A stretch of DNA of 64,000 bases from an uncultured delta proteobacterium (GCA_963787125.1 CAWBBV010000004.1:64001-128000), one strand, 5' to 3'. Shown: positions 10,524-20,518, counted from the stretch's first letter. Translations and numbers: made by a program. Notes: generated from the sequence alone by a model not told the origin.

Positions 10524-10843
10524 TCAGAACGGCTCGACCTGGATCCGTTGCCCCGTAGTCCTGGTTTCGGACGAGCGCACTTCCTTGCCGTCAAGATCGA
10601 GGGTGCTCACCTTGTCAAGACCGGTGAACTGGTTTTCGCCAGGGCCCGGGTTGATTCGTATCCGCGTCTTCTGGGTTCCGACGAACTTCTTAATATCGTC
10701 GAATTGCAACGCAATGTAGGTTGCATCGAATTCCTAGTCACTGTTGCGCTTCCATACGCCATGGCCTAAGCTAAGTATCTGGTGCGAATCTCCACTCCGA
10801 AAGAACTTTCCATCAGACGTGAACGTGAGTAATACTACGCTGT
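10524..10843 (-). pseudogene. Gene remnant with in-frame TAG and no start
   Basis: DSVVLLTFTSDGKFF...GHGVWKRNSD*EFDATYIALQFDD...RIQVEPF reads in one frame with TAG at 10734-10736. Confidence 0.5.
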
Positions 10844-11251
10844 CTATTCAGCTGCATCTGCCGGAGCCAACCGTATTTTGGGTATCAAGGCAACGGGAAC
10901 TTCTGCCATCCGTTCCGGGCCGAGTCTGGTGAGCTCAGTACGAAATGTAGCCGCTTCGGAAACAAGAGCCGCCACTTCGATCCTTTGGCAGACGGGACAG
11001 ACTCGCTGCAGGTAGTCTATGCCACTGCTGAGCAGAGAAACCGACCCGCCGAAGTTGCCGTTACGCCAATGCAGAAGGGCAACGGCAATCTGCAGTATTC
11101 CCTGATAGAACCGGCGGATTTCATCTTCGGAGCCGATCCAGAGATCTTCGAGAGTTTCGTGGCATTCATACCAATCGCCTCGATTGAATTCGCCGTATGC
11201 CTGCAAAATCTCTCCTGAAGGAGAACTGGAACAATCAAGCTGCTTTTTCAT
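10844..11251 (-). CDS. DUF309 domain protein
   Basis: FNRGDWYECHETLEDLW...FYQGILQIAVALLHWRNGN; AAGGAG RBS. Confidence 0.88.
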   Translation of the reverse strand: MKKQLDCSSSPSGEILQAYGEFNRGDWYECHETLEDLWIGSEDEIRRFYQGILQIAVALLHWRNGNFGGSVSLLSSGIDYLQRVCPVCQRIEVAALVSEAATFRTELTRLGPERMAEVPVALIPKIRLAPADAAE

Positions 11252-11339
11252 AAAGGCTACTCCTTCTACTGACAATTCACACGAACAGCTTCATTTATAT
11301 TATACCGCTGCCAGGGGAAATAGCCCGTAATTCCACACG

Positions 11340-11389
11340 AATTTCAGGGACACCATACCTAATTCTAAAGGCGGCCAAGCGGCAGACTT
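11340..11389 (+). repeat. Repeat A+B composite
   Basis: AATTTCAGGGACACCATACCTAATT-CTAAAGGCGGCCAAGCGGCAGACTT. Confidence 0.9.
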
Positions 11390-11395
11390 GGTTGT

Positions 11396-11968
11396 TTACT
11401 CGCCGCCTTTTGGTTCAGGGCAGACGCAAGAATCGAAATCTTCATTCAAACACTCTCTGCAGACCCCACCACTGTCAAGCCCGGTACCACGGCGCGCCGC
11501 TTCTATTGCCGCGATGTCGATCTTTTTCATCTCCATCATCGCCTCGAACGCCCGTTTGGCAGCGGCAGGATCGGGATCGCTTATCGCTTCAGTCAGGGCG
11601 ATCGGCGTGATCTGCCACGACAGCCCCCATTTGTCCTGGCACCAGCCGCACTCACTCTCTGCTCCGCCGTTGCCAACGATGGCGTTCCAGTAGCGATCCG
11701 TTTCATCCTGATCGACGGTTGCAACCTGGAACGAGAATGCGCAGTTGTGCGTGAACTCTGGGCCGCCATTAAGGCCAAGGCAGGGAATGCCCATGACGGT
11801 AAACTCGACCGTCAACAGATCCCCTTGCTTCCCGGACGGGTAGTCCCCCGGTGCGAGAAGCAGTGCGCCGACAGATGAATCAGGAAAGGTTCTGGCGTAA
11901 AACCGCGCCGCCTCTTCGGCGTCGCGGTCGTACCAAAGGCATATTGTATTCTTTACAGGCGTTTTCAT
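11396..11968 (-). CDS. VOC family protein (PhnB / 3-demethylubiquinone-9 3-methyltransferase-like)
   Basis: ICLWYDRDAEEAARFY, LNGGP, CGWCQDKWGLSWQI, MMEMKKIDIA. Confidence 0.9.
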   Translation of the reverse strand: MKTPVKNTICLWYDRDAEEAARFYARTFPDSSVGALLLAPGDYPSGKQGDLLTVEFTVMGIPCLGLNGGPEFTHNCAFSFQVATVDQDETDRYWNAIVGNGGAESECGWCQDKWGLSWQITPIALTEAISDPDPAAAKRAFEAMMEMKKIDIAAIEAARRGTGLDSGGVCRECLNEDFDSCVCPEPKGGE

Positions 11969-12075
11969 GTCATTTCTCCTTTGCGATGCGCCGCTCTGAA
12001 AAGAAGTGCCGGTAGTGAGCGGTCAGTCTGCCGGGCCCGTAACGTTTTCTCTGTTACCTTCTGCTGTGGCCGGTG

Positions 12076-12447
12076 CTATTTCAATGAATGCAGACCTATC
12101 ATGTTTCCTTCGATATCAACCACCAGGGCGATGAAGCCGTATTCACCGATGGACCATTTCTCCCGCTGCATCCGGCCGCCAGCCGCGGTGACTCTGCCGG
12201 ACTCGACAGCGCAGTCTTCGCAACTGAAGTAGACTAGCGTGCTGTTGCCGCCTGATGAAACACCGTCCATTTTGACCAAGGCACCACCGGCACCCCAGCG
12301 CTCCATATCCATCGGAAAGCTCCATAATTCCACTTCCGGATTGGCCAAGCGCTCCAGCTTTACCTGGAAGACCGTTTCGTAGAAAGCTTTGGCCCGCTCA
12401 ATGTCCTGTACATATATTTCATACCAGCATACCGCGTTGTTTTTCAT
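12076..12447 (-). CDS. VOC family (glyoxalase-like) protein
   Basis: WYEIYVQDIERAKAFYE...DIEGNMIGLHS. Confidence 0.92.
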   Translation of the reverse strand: MKNNAVCWYEIYVQDIERAKAFYETVFQVKLERLANPEVELWSFPMDMERWGAGGALVKMDGVSSGGNSTLVYFSCEDCAVESGRVTAAGGRMQREKWSIGEYGFIALVVDIEGNMIGLHSLK

Positions 12448-12514
12448 GGCTCACTCCCTTCATGCTCCCGGAGAATTAAACTGATGCATCTATGGTAATT
12501 ATACACCTCGGGCG

Positions 12515-12555
12515 AGTTCCGGGGACAGCATACTTATCTCCTAACCGCCTTTTTT
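12515..12555 (+). repeat. Repeat A plus right half of B
   Basis: AGTTCCGGGGACAGCATACTTATCT-CCTAACCGCCTTTTTT. Confidence 0.8.
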
Positions 12556-12650
12556 GCGACAATGGAATGAGCACAGGCTTTTGTGGAAATACGGGACGAT
12601 CAGGAGTAAACTATGAGTTAAGGAGAAACGTAGCATAAGGAGGTGTCATC

Positions 12651-13145
12651 ATGACAACATCACGTGGCAAAGAACTGGCCGCAATAATCGATCAGAAAGT
12701 TGCAGCCCTGAAACAGGTATGCCTGAGTGTGGACGAGACCCTGGCAGGCCGCGCACCGGCGGACCGGTGGTCAACCAAGGAGATTCTTTCCCACCTCTGC
12801 GGTCCCGAGGGGGTCGGCCACCTGCCGCTCCTCAAGGCTTTTGTGGACAAAGATATTCCGCAGTTGGTGCTGGATGCCGGTAATCCGTTTTATACCGAAC
12901 AGCGTGCCGCCATGAGCATTGTCGAGCTGGTTGCGGAGTGTGAACTGAATTACCGGCGGGTTGCCGACTTTGCGGCGGGACTGACCGATGTGCAGCTGGC
13001 CCGGACAGCGCATATCCCTGAATTGAAGGATTCGCCCCTGGGCGAGTACCCGACGCTGGAACAGATGATCTACGGGCTGGGTGAGTACCATATCCAGTTC
13101 CACATTGATCACTTGGGAGAGATCCTGACGGCCCTGGCAGGGTAG
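12651..13145 (+). CDS. DinB family protein
   Basis: WSTKEILSHL...YHIQFHIDHL pattern; AAGGAGG RBS. Confidence 0.8.
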   Translation: MTTSRGKELAAIIDQKVAALKQVCLSVDETLAGRAPADRWSTKEILSHLCGPEGVGHLPLLKAFVDKDIPQLVLDAGNPFYTEQRAAMSIVELVAECELNYRRVADFAAGLTDVQLARTAHIPELKDSPLGEYPTLEQMIYGLGEYHIQFHIDHLGEILTALAG

Positions 13146-13214
13146 GGACATGGGGTCAATGTGAGATTGTGTGTTTCCTACTCTCAGCATATCTAAGCAT
13201 TGGAGGTGATTGAC

Positions 13215-13673
13215 ATGGTTGACATTCTTCATCGTATCGGCATCAAGTCACCTGTCTCTCAAGTCTATAAGGCGTTGACCACGTTGGACGGCCTGGCAGG
13301 TTGGTGGACCGAGGAGGTTCGGGGAGATACCCGGGTCGGAAGCAGGATTGAATTCAGCTTTCGCACGAAAACAGGTGATCTGCTGGGCAGAATGGTAATG
13401 GAAGTGAATGAGCTTGGCGATAATAAAAATGTGCGCTGGCGGTGCATCGAGGGGCCGGAGGAGTGGGTGGGGACTGACATCACCTTTGAACTGTCGGGGC
13501 AGGATGGACAGACGATTATCCTCTTTGGCCACCGGAACTGGCGCGAGGCGGTTGAGGCCACCTATCACTGCAGTATGAAGTGGGCGACGTTCCTGTTAAG
13601 TCTGCGTAAGTATCTGGAAACGGGAACAGGGAAGCCCTCACCCCATGACCTGAAAATTGATAACTGGAATTAG
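13215..13673 (+). CDS. SRPBCC/AHSA1 domain protein
   Basis: VYKALTTLDGLAGWWT...EWVGTDITFEL...HCSMKWATFLLSL. Confidence 0.9.
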   Translation: MVDILHRIGIKSPVSQVYKALTTLDGLAGWWTEEVRGDTRVGSRIEFSFRTKTGDLLGRMVMEVNELGDNKNVRWRCIEGPEEWVGTDITFELSGQDGQTIILFGHRNWREAVEATYHCSMKWATFLLSLRKYLETGTGKPSPHDLKIDNWN

Positions 13674-13732
13674 CGTGGGGAACGAAGCCCCTGAAACTGA
13701 TCAGGTGCCACCCTGAGGAAGGAGAAATTATC

Positions 13733-14179
13733 ATGACTAACAACACCGTCACACTGCACCGTGTTATTCGCGCACCGGCTGAAAGGGTCTACCGGGCGTT
13801 TCTCGATGCCGATGCCATGGCCAAATGGATGCCGCCGCACGGCTTCACCGGCACGGTGCACCAGATTGACGCCAGGATCGGCGGGAGTTACAAGATGTCG
13901 TTCACCAACTTTTCGACCGGTCAAACCCACGCTTTTGGCGGTAGGTATCTTGAGCTGGTGCCCAATGAGCGCATCCGCAACACCGACCTGTTCGACGACC
14001 CAAACCTGCCCGGCGAAATGGTTACAACGGTCACTCTTAAAGTTGTGCCGTGCGGGACAGAACTGGAGATTGTGCAGGAAGGCATCCCGGAGGCCATCCC
14101 TCTTGAGGGGTGCTATGTTGGCTGGCAGGAATCGCTTTTACTGCTTGCCCAGCTGGTCGAGGCCGAGATTCCGGGGTGA
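13733..14179 (+). CDS. SRPBCC/AHSA1 domain protein
   Basis: LHRVIRAPAERVYRAF...GRYLELVPNERI...CYVGWQESL. Confidence 0.9.
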   Translation: MTNNTVTLHRVIRAPAERVYRAFLDADAMAKWMPPHGFTGTVHQIDARIGGSYKMSFTNFSTGQTHAFGGRYLELVPNERIRNTDLFDDPNLPGEMVTTVTLKVVPCGTELEIVQEGIPEAIPLEGCYVGWQESLLLLAQLVEAEIPG

Positions 14180-14189
14180 TGTCGCGCTG

Positions 14190-14243
14190 AATTCCGGAAA
14201 ATCCATACCTTATTCAAAAGGCGGCCAATCGGTCGCCTTTTTT
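14190..14243 (+). repeat. Repeat A+B composite
   Basis: AATTCCGGAAAATCCATACCTTATT-CAAAAGGCGGCCAATCGGTCGCCTTTTTT. Confidence 0.9.
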
Positions 14244-14330
14244 GCTTGGCAAATTGGCTACAACGAAAAGATATGGCATTATCTTTTCGTTAGCACCGAC
14301 GTAACGAAAAGTTTTCTCCGTAATTCCTTC

Positions 14331-14368
14331 AAATCCACAAGGCGGCTAAGCGGCCGCCTTGTGGATTT
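14331..14368 (+). repeat. Repeat B palindrome
   Basis: AAATCCACAAGGCGGCT-AAGC-GGCCGCCTTGTGGATTT. Confidence 0.9.
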
Positions 14369-14488
14369 TCGCGAATATCAAAACCTCTTGACCCGCCTAC
14401 CACTTTTTCAGTTTAACGTTGTCCTCATCATGACCATGAGTTGCAGCGAATCACTTGCTTTCCTGCCCGGTTGCTTTACCATTACTGC

Positions 14489-15692
14489 ATGAAAAAAATG
14501 ACGCTCAAAAACGCTGCTTTACCGGCAGCTGGGCCCCGTTCCCCCTTGCGGGTGCTGATCGGCGGGATACTCGGCATGATGGTGGCCATGGGGATCGGAC
14601 GATTTGCCTTTACGCCGATTCTGCCGCTGATGCAGCGGGATCTGGGGGTCAGTCACAGTCTGGCCGGCGGACTGGCTTCACTCAATTATAGCGGCTACCT
14701 TGCCGGAGCGCTTGTGTGTGCGATCTGGCCGCGGGTGCTGCGCAGTGTGCCGGTCAACATCGGGGCGCTGGCCGCCTGCATCGCCACTACCCTGCTGATG
14801 GCGCTGACGACCGACCCCTTCTGGTGGAGTGCTCTGCGGCTGTTGGGGGGGGCGTCCAGTGCGCTGCTCTTCGTGGTCATTGCCATCGAGGTGAGCGAGA
14901 TTCTGGCGCAGAGCCGCCATAGCCACTGGAGCAGCGCCCTCTACGGCGGCATCGGTCTGGGAATCGCCCTGAGTGGCGCGATGGTGCCACTGCTGGACCG
15001 TATTAACGGCTGGCGCGGTGCCTGGCTGGGGATGGGGGCTCTTTCCGTTGTGCTGGCCTTGATCGGCGTCACGGTTGCGGGGAAACGGCGCGGAGCAGTG
15101 GCAGTGGCTGACGGGGGGGCGGCGGCGCCAGCGGCGGGGGACTTCAGCGGCCTTGCCCGACTGGCCACGGCCTATCTGTGCGAAGGGGTCGGCTACATTG
15201 TCAGCGCTACTTTTCTGGTGACCATGGTGGCCCATACACCGGGGCTGGCAGGTTTTGCTTCCTGGAGCTGGGTGGCGGTGGGGCTGGCGGCAGCGCCGTC
15301 GACCGTCATCTGGCAGCGGACCGCTGCCAGGATCGGCGTCCGGCCGGCGCTGACCCTGGCCTACCTGCTCCAGGCGGTTGGCATCCTGCTCAGCATCAAT
15401 GCCGCCACCCCGTTCACGGCCGGTCTGGCGGCAATCATCTTCGGCGGCACCTTCCTCGGCATTGTCGCTCTCTCCATGGCCGAAGCGGTGCGGCGCTGCG
15501 CTGCTGGAGGGCCGGCGCGCCACGGCGGTCATGACCGTCTGTTTCGGCGCCGGGCAGGTGGCCGGTCCGTCTCTGGCCGGTTTTCTGGCCGACAGGCAGG
15601 GTGGCTTTGCCCTACCGCTCCTGCTGGCCGGCATCGTGGTGGCAAGCGGCGCTTTACTGACGGCATCGGACAGCCATTTTTCCAGGAAGTGA
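14489..15692 (+). CDS. YbfB/YjiJ family MFS transporter, apparent +1 frameshift near 15510
   Basis: AMGIGRFAFTPILPLM, LASLNYSGYLAGA. The last two TM helices (MTVCFGAGQVAGP...) are in the frame ending at 15692. Confidence 0.85.
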
Positions 15693-15742
15693 GCCATGGA
15701 AACCATACCTAATACACAAGGCGGCCAAGCGGCCGCCTTTGT
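15691..15742 (+). repeat. Repeat A+B composite
   Basis: GAGCCATGGAAACCATACCTAATA-CACAAGGCGGCCAAGCGGCCGCCTTTGT, abutting the MFS stop. Confidence 0.88.
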
Positions 15743-15861
15743 TTTTCCAGGACAGGCCGGGCAGATACTACCGGTCCCCGCTGCCTTATTCTTCCTGAAG
15801 TAATGCGCTGCCGGCAACAGCTGGTACACTGATAGAAACAGTCCATAATCGGAGTTGCAAT

Positions 15862-16353
15862 ATGAAAAGATTTTTGATGATGTGGACACTGCTGACGGCT
15901 GCCGTCAGCAGTGCCGTGGCGGCAAATTACACCATCAGTAATCCTGCTGACAAAATTGTCAACCCAGCCGGCAGAATCAGTAACCCCGCAGAAAAGATGT
16001 ATAACCCGGCCAGCAATATTGCAAACCCGGCAGAGCAGTTGGCAAATCCGAATCCGGTAATACCGGTGCAGACAAAGATACCTCTGCCTGTCGGGCAGGC
16101 AAAGCTGGCTGCTGAAAAACCGGCTCTACCGGTCGTACCGGCCAAATATTACACCTTCAAAAAGGTGAAAGAGTATCTGGAGGCAGCCAAAAAAGCCTTT
16201 GGCAAAGACGATTACACTGAATTTACCACCCTGTCAGAAGATGCCTTGCGGCGGATAAACAGCGGCGGGCTGAAGGCCTCCAGAAAGACGATCAAGAAGC
16301 TGGAAAAATTCAGGACCTTCGGCTATGCACTTTTGGCGAAGGATGAAGACTAA
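15862..16353 (+). CDS. Secreted hypothetical protein with 7-aa NPAxxxx repeats
   Basis: Signal peptide (MKRFLMMWTLLTAAVSSAVA), five NPA heptads, GGAG RBS. Confidence 0.75.
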   Translation: MKRFLMMWTLLTAAVSSAVAANYTISNPADKIVNPAGRISNPAEKMYNPASNIANPAEQLANPNPVIPVQTKIPLPVGQAKLAAEKPALPVVPAKYYTFKKVKEYLEAAKKAFGKDDYTEFTTLSEDALRRINSGGLKASRKTIKKLEKFRTFGYALLAKDED

Positions 16354-16642
16354 TGCTGAACGACATAGAGGTAAATACCGGATAGCTTCTGGGTTCCGGC
16401 TTCCAGGATGACAAGATTTGATGCAAAAGACTGCCCAGAACAATGTCAAACAAAAGCATGAACAGGGCTAATGACACCCCGAGCACTGCAAGCCCCCTGT
16501 CGGATGTGATCCCCGTAACCGGTACGTAAAAATAACAGGCAGCCAGGCAACGAGGATATATAAGCCGGCTATTTTCAGTGCCAGGTACAGTTCCATTTCA
16601 GCTCCGGGAAATCCGCTTGCAGATAGTTCCTTTCTTCATTTT

Positions 16643-17311
16643 TCAATACCGGCCAACCGTAATCGGCACTTCTGACTCGATTGCCTTTAGCCGGTTGCAG
16701 TAGGCTGCCAGCTCGGCAGCACGTTCTTTCTGGCTACTGTGAGCCGGGGCGTAAAACAGCTGCGGCAGCAACACCTCAAAACCGACAAACTCCAGCATTC
16801 CGCGCTGTATCGGCCTTAGAATGCCATTGATGTCGCCGTTGAAACCATCCGGTTGGTAAGAGTCTCCAGGCCCGCCGGTAGTCAGGGAAAGCAGGGCCTT
16901 TTTCCCCTTCATCAGACCTGTTTCGTAGATGTGACCATAGCCGTAGAAGCGCCCCATGGCGAAGACCCGGTCGAACCATCCTTTTAGAATGGCGGGAACG
17001 CTGAACCACCAGAGGGGAAACTGCCAGATCATCAGATCACACCACTCGACCTTGCCCATTTCAGCTTCGAGGTCGGCTGCAAATCCTCCCGCCTCGCTGG
17101 CGTGCATCTCCTCGATCTGCGATTTCAGGTAGTCCGGGTTCTTGATGGTTGTATAGTTTCTTCTGTCTGAAACAGGGTCGAACCCCATCCTGTAGAGATC
17201 GGATGTCTGAACCTGGTGGCCGTCCCGTTCCAGGGTGACAACTGCGGCTTGAAAAAGCGAAGAGCTGAAACTCTGCGGTTCAGGATGGGCATTGACGATA
17301 AGAATCTTCAT
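16643..17311 (-). CDS. NAD(P)H dehydrogenase (quinone), flavodoxin-2 fold
   Basis: ILIVNAHPEPQSF, QFPLWWFSVPAILKGWFDRV, LSLTTGG. Confidence 0.93.
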   Translation of the reverse strand: MKILIVNAHPEPQSFSSSLFQAAVVTLERDGHQVQTSDLYRMGFDPVSDRRNYTTIKNPDYLKSQIEEMHASEAGGFAADLEAEMGKVEWCDLMIWQFPLWWFSVPAILKGWFDRVFAMGRFYGYGHIYETGLMKGKKALLSLTTGGPGDSYQPDGFNGDINGILRPIQRGMLEFVGFEVLLPQLFYAPAHSSQKERAAELAAYCNRLKAIESEVPITVGRY

Positions 17312-17422
17312 GGAGACCTCGGTAACGTGTATTCAAAGGGCTCTGCTTCAATCGAAAAGCCCTCACTGTCAAGCATGAGAAAACGGGAGGCGACCCGCTT
17401 TAGCCGGTCGCCTCTGACAAGG

Positions 17423-17758
17423 CTATTTGCCGGTATCAGCCATTCTCTTTGTCTTGAGGCTCTTTAGGTAAAGAACCAGTGACTTCATTTCGGCTGATCC
17501 GGAATCGAGCTTTATCCCCTTGAGCGGACCGGCAATGCAGCGATTGATAATATCGGCCAGATCCTTTTCATCATATGTGGCTGCACCCTTGAGCTTGTCG
17601 GCGTCCATATGGCAGGTTGCGCAGCTCTTGCCGGATGTGCCGAGCTTATCATTGCTAAAAAGCAGTTTCCCCATTTCGATGGAGGGGACTTCGGCCCCTA
17701 TTACACTGCTGCACCAGACAATGCCTCCGCAAATAATCAACCCTGTCAGTTTTTTCAT
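17423..17758 (-). CDS. Monoheme c-type cytochrome
   Basis: Signal peptide plus GKSCATCH. Confidence 0.85.
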   Translation of the reverse strand: MKKLTGLIICGGIVWCSSVIGAEVPSIEMGKLLFSNDKLGTSGKSCATCHMDADKLKGAATYDEKDLADIINRCIAGPLKGIKLDSGSAEMKSLVLYLKSLKTKRMADTGK

Positions 17759-17858
17759 GTCTGTCTCCCTTTTGAATGTCTCTCTGAAGTCTAGATGACT
17801 TTGCAGTCAAGTCAATTGCGGCTCCGGGAGACGCAGCGTGCTGATGGATGAATATGGG

Positions 17859-17883
17859 CAAAGGCGGCCGATCGCCGCCTTTG
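17859..17883. repeat. Repeat B palindrome variant
   Basis: CAAAGGCGGCCGATCGCCGCCTTTG. Confidence 0.85.
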
Positions 17884-18214
17884 TTGTTTTGTCACGGATA
17901 AAAAACCTCTAGACCCATCTACCACTTCACAGTTTAGCATTGTCCTTGTCATGGCCATGATATAATCAGCTATACTTGTAAAAGATAACGAACTATGACG
18001 CCGCCATGAAAAAGCTCCACGTGGAGTTTGAACGGCGGGAGCCGGCGGTCTGCCACGTCTTTTTTGCTGCCGCTGGGCATCTCGGAAAAGAAAGCGCTGC
18101 TGATCCGCACGTGATCAGCCCCTCTGGTGAACGATATGGCTATAAATTCCTGTTCTGCAGAAAAGGTGAATGATCCGACTGAATAACCGGTCTTGATCAT
18201 GATAGGGAGCAAAA

Positions 18215-19291
18215 ATGTCTGCCCGACACGCAAAACTCGAACTTTTGGGGTGGAACCCATGGCTATCCGAAATAGCGGCGCTGCAGGGGCTACCTGTTGA
18301 GGCTATGGCGCGGGTGGCAACAGTTGACCGCGAGCAATTCGTACTTTTGAATGCTAACGGTGCGTTCCGGGCCAGGCTGTCCGGCAGCTACCTTCACCAC
18401 CGGCGGCGACCGGAAGAGTTCCCCTGTGTGGGGGATTGGGTGAGTGTGGAGAAAGGCGAAAATGACGACTTCGGTCTGATCCATGCTCTGATCGACCGCA
18501 GGACCAGCCTGCGCCGCAGGGCGATTGGCAGATCGGCTGAGGTACAGATGATCGCGGCCAATGTCGATTGCGTCATCATCGTGCAGTCGTGTCACTTCGA
18601 TTTCAATCTGAACCGCCTGGAACGCTATCTGGTAATGGTCGCCGAAGGGGGTGCTGAAGCGTATATCCTGCTTACCAAGACAGATCTGATCGGCCCTGAC
18701 GTTCTGGCTGACCAGCTTTCCCGGATTCATGCCGCTGGTATCATTGCGCCCGTGCTGACCTTGAGTAATGTCACCCGCAAAGGCGTTGACGAGTTGAAAC
18801 TCGTTTTGTTGCCCGGCAAAACCTACTGCTTAGTCGGTTCATCCGGAGTCGGCAAAAGTACGATCATCAACGAGCTGATCGGTCGGCAACAGCTTGAAAC
18901 AAAGGGAGTCAGTGCGAGCGGTGAGGGAAGGCACACGACCGTCCGCCGGGAGCTGATCGTTCTTGATAACGGTGCCATGGTTATTGATAATCCCGGGATG
19001 CGCGAATTCGGCATTTCTGCTGCGGAGGAAGGACTCAACGGGGGCTTCAGCGACATCACGAGCATTGCCTCCCGCTGCCGTTACCGGGATTGCACCCATA
19101 CGGATGAACCGGACTGTGCCGTACTCAGCGCTTTGGGGGCTGGAGGCATAAATCAGGCACATTATGAAAACTACCTAAAATTGAAGGGAGAGTCTGACTT
19201 CTACCGGTTGTCTCATGCAGAAAAGAGAAAGAAGGATCGCGATTTCGGCAAATTTATTAAATCGGCGAAGAAAGACCTGGTACGAGAATAA
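18215..19291 (+). CDS. rsgA: Ribosome small subunit-dependent GTPase A
   Basis: VGDWV, TKTDL, GSSGVGKST, GRHTT, DNPG, CRYRDCTHTDEPDC Zn site. Confidence 0.95.
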   Translation: MSARHAKLELLGWNPWLSEIAALQGLPVEAMARVATVDREQFVLLNANGAFRARLSGSYLHHRRRPEEFPCVGDWVSVEKGENDDFGLIHALIDRRTSLRRRAIGRSAEVQMIAANVDCVIIVQSCHFDFNLNRLERYLVMVAEGGAEAYILLTKTDLIGPDVLADQLSRIHAAGIIAPVLTLSNVTRKGVDELKLVLLPGKTYCLVGSSGVGKSTIINELIGRQQLETKGVSASGEGRHTTVRRELIVLDNGAMVIDNPGMREFGISAAEEGLNGGFSDITSIASRCRYRDCTHTDEPDCAVLSALGAGGINQAHYENYLKLKGESDFYRLSHAEKRKKDRDFGKFIKSAKKDLVRE

Positions 19292-19352
19292 AATTATGGC
19301 TACAGGAAAGAGGAATCAGCAGGGGCAGGTGCCAAGGTAACTGACAATAGTT

Positions 19353-19377
19353 AAAAGGCGGCCAAGCGGCCGCCTTT
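19353..19377 (+). repeat. Repeat B palindrome
   Basis: AAAAGGCGGCCAAGCGGCCGCCTTT. Confidence 0.9.
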
Positions 19378-19435
19378 ACTGCTTCCACACACGGGGTCTG
19401 CTGGCCGAGTTAGACGGTGCATTAGCAGCCGGGCA

Positions 19436-19732
19436 TCAGTTTACTTCCAGATAGGGGTGAGTAGTAATGCGGCAATCTTCCTTGCGACCGGTCCGGGCAA
19501 TGGCGCCAATTGCCTCAACGATTCTGCTGACCGATTCATCGGTCGCAATGATCTCCAGCTTGACCTTCTCGACGATGTTTGCCATGAACGTGGCGCCGCG
19601 AAACATCATCACCTGTCCTTTCTGGTGGCACTTGATCGTGCTCTCCATGAAGTTCTCGATACCCATATTCTCAAGGGCGCTTCGTACCTCGTGCATCTTG
19701 AACTGATCGATAACGGCTTCAATCTGCTGCAT
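19436..19732 (-). CDS. Divergent P-II family protein
   Basis: IEAVIDQFKMHEVRSAL...FRGATF...EKVKLEII...IVEAIGAIARTG aligns with the GlnB/GlnK layout; GGAGG RBS. Confidence 0.82.
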   Translation of the reverse strand: MQQIEAVIDQFKMHEVRSALENMGIENFMESTIKCHQKGQVMMFRGATFMANIVEKVKLEIIATDESVSRIVEAIGAIARTGRKEDCRITTHPYLEVN

Positions 19733-19795
19733 GGCCTACCTCCGTAGGCAGGCCCCATTGCCTACCGGCTGTGTTGTACATCCTGGCCAGGACAC

Positions 19796-19811
19796 TGCTT
19801 ATCTTGTGCCA
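19796..19811 (-). promoter_or_regulatory. Sigma-54 promoter candidate for the P-II-like gene
   Basis: TGGCACAAGATAAGCA with correct GG-N10-GC spacing, about 65 bp upstream of ATG. Confidence 0.6.
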
Positions 19812-19992
19812 AGAGCGCATAAAATAAATTGTTTGTAATTACGGAGAATTAGCTGCAAGAAGGCGACGCAGCGGGGATGACCGTGTGCCGGAAACTTGTG
19901 CTTCGGGGCGTCGGTCTGTCTAGTAAACAGTCAGTATGCTGCGCCGGCGAAATTATGAGGGGCGAACTCGGCGGCCACCATCCATGATTCAT

Positions 19993-20017
19993 AAGGTCGC
20001 CAATCGGCCGCCATTTT
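19993..20017 (+). repeat. Degenerate repeat B
   Basis: AAGGTCGCCAATCGGCCGCCATTTT. Confidence 0.75.
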
Positions 20018-20085
20018 AGCTCTTGTTGCCGACCGCCGCAATGGTGGTATGCTTACAACCGAAAACCAATAAAAGGAGACACGCC

Positions 20086-20508
20086 ATGTCAACATTGAAA
20101 GAGCAGATAGCCGCTATCATGGCCCCGTTGCAGCTCTCGGCAGTAGCCACCATCGCCGCCGGGAAACCGTGGGTCCGCTATGTGATGACGGTCGGCGGGA
20201 ACGACCTGAACGTCCGTTTCGCGACCTATGCGGGATCCCGCAAGGTTGCGCAGATAGCCGCCAACCCTGAGGTGCATGTGACGCTGGGAGTGAACGATCC
20301 GGCCACCATGACCCCGTACCTGCAGATCCAGGGACTGGCTCGCTTCTCCACTGAAGCGGCGGAGCGCCACGGGTTCTGGAGCGGGATGCTGGCCAACTAT
20401 TTCAGCGGGCCGGATGATCCGAACTACGGTGTGGTGATCGTGACCCCCTACCGAATCGAGCTGGCGAAGGCGGGCGTGCCGGTGCCGGAGGTCTGGACGG
20501 CGGGCTAG
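20086..20508 (+). CDS. Pyridoxamine 5'-phosphate oxidase-like / general stress FMN-binding protein
   Basis: KPWVRYV, SRKVAQIAANPEV, YFSGPDDPNY; AAGGAG RBS. Confidence 0.85.
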   Translation: MSTLKEQIAAIMAPLQLSAVATIAAGKPWVRYVMTVGGNDLNVRFATYAGSRKVAQIAANPEVHVTLGVNDPATMTPYLQIQGLARFSTEAAERHGFWSGMLANYFSGPDDPNYGVVIVTPYRIELAKAGVPVPEVWTAG

Positions 20509-20518
20509 AATCTGCGGT

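Noticed and set aside
16354..16600. Possible decayed membrane-protein gene on the minus strand
   Set aside because: The hydrophobic stretch needs a frameshift to join a start and I recognise no family; too weak to call.
17985..18186. Possible KTSC-like or other small ORF (YDAAMKKLHVEF...)
   Set aside because: Similarity is limited to about 12 residues with no clear start or RBS.
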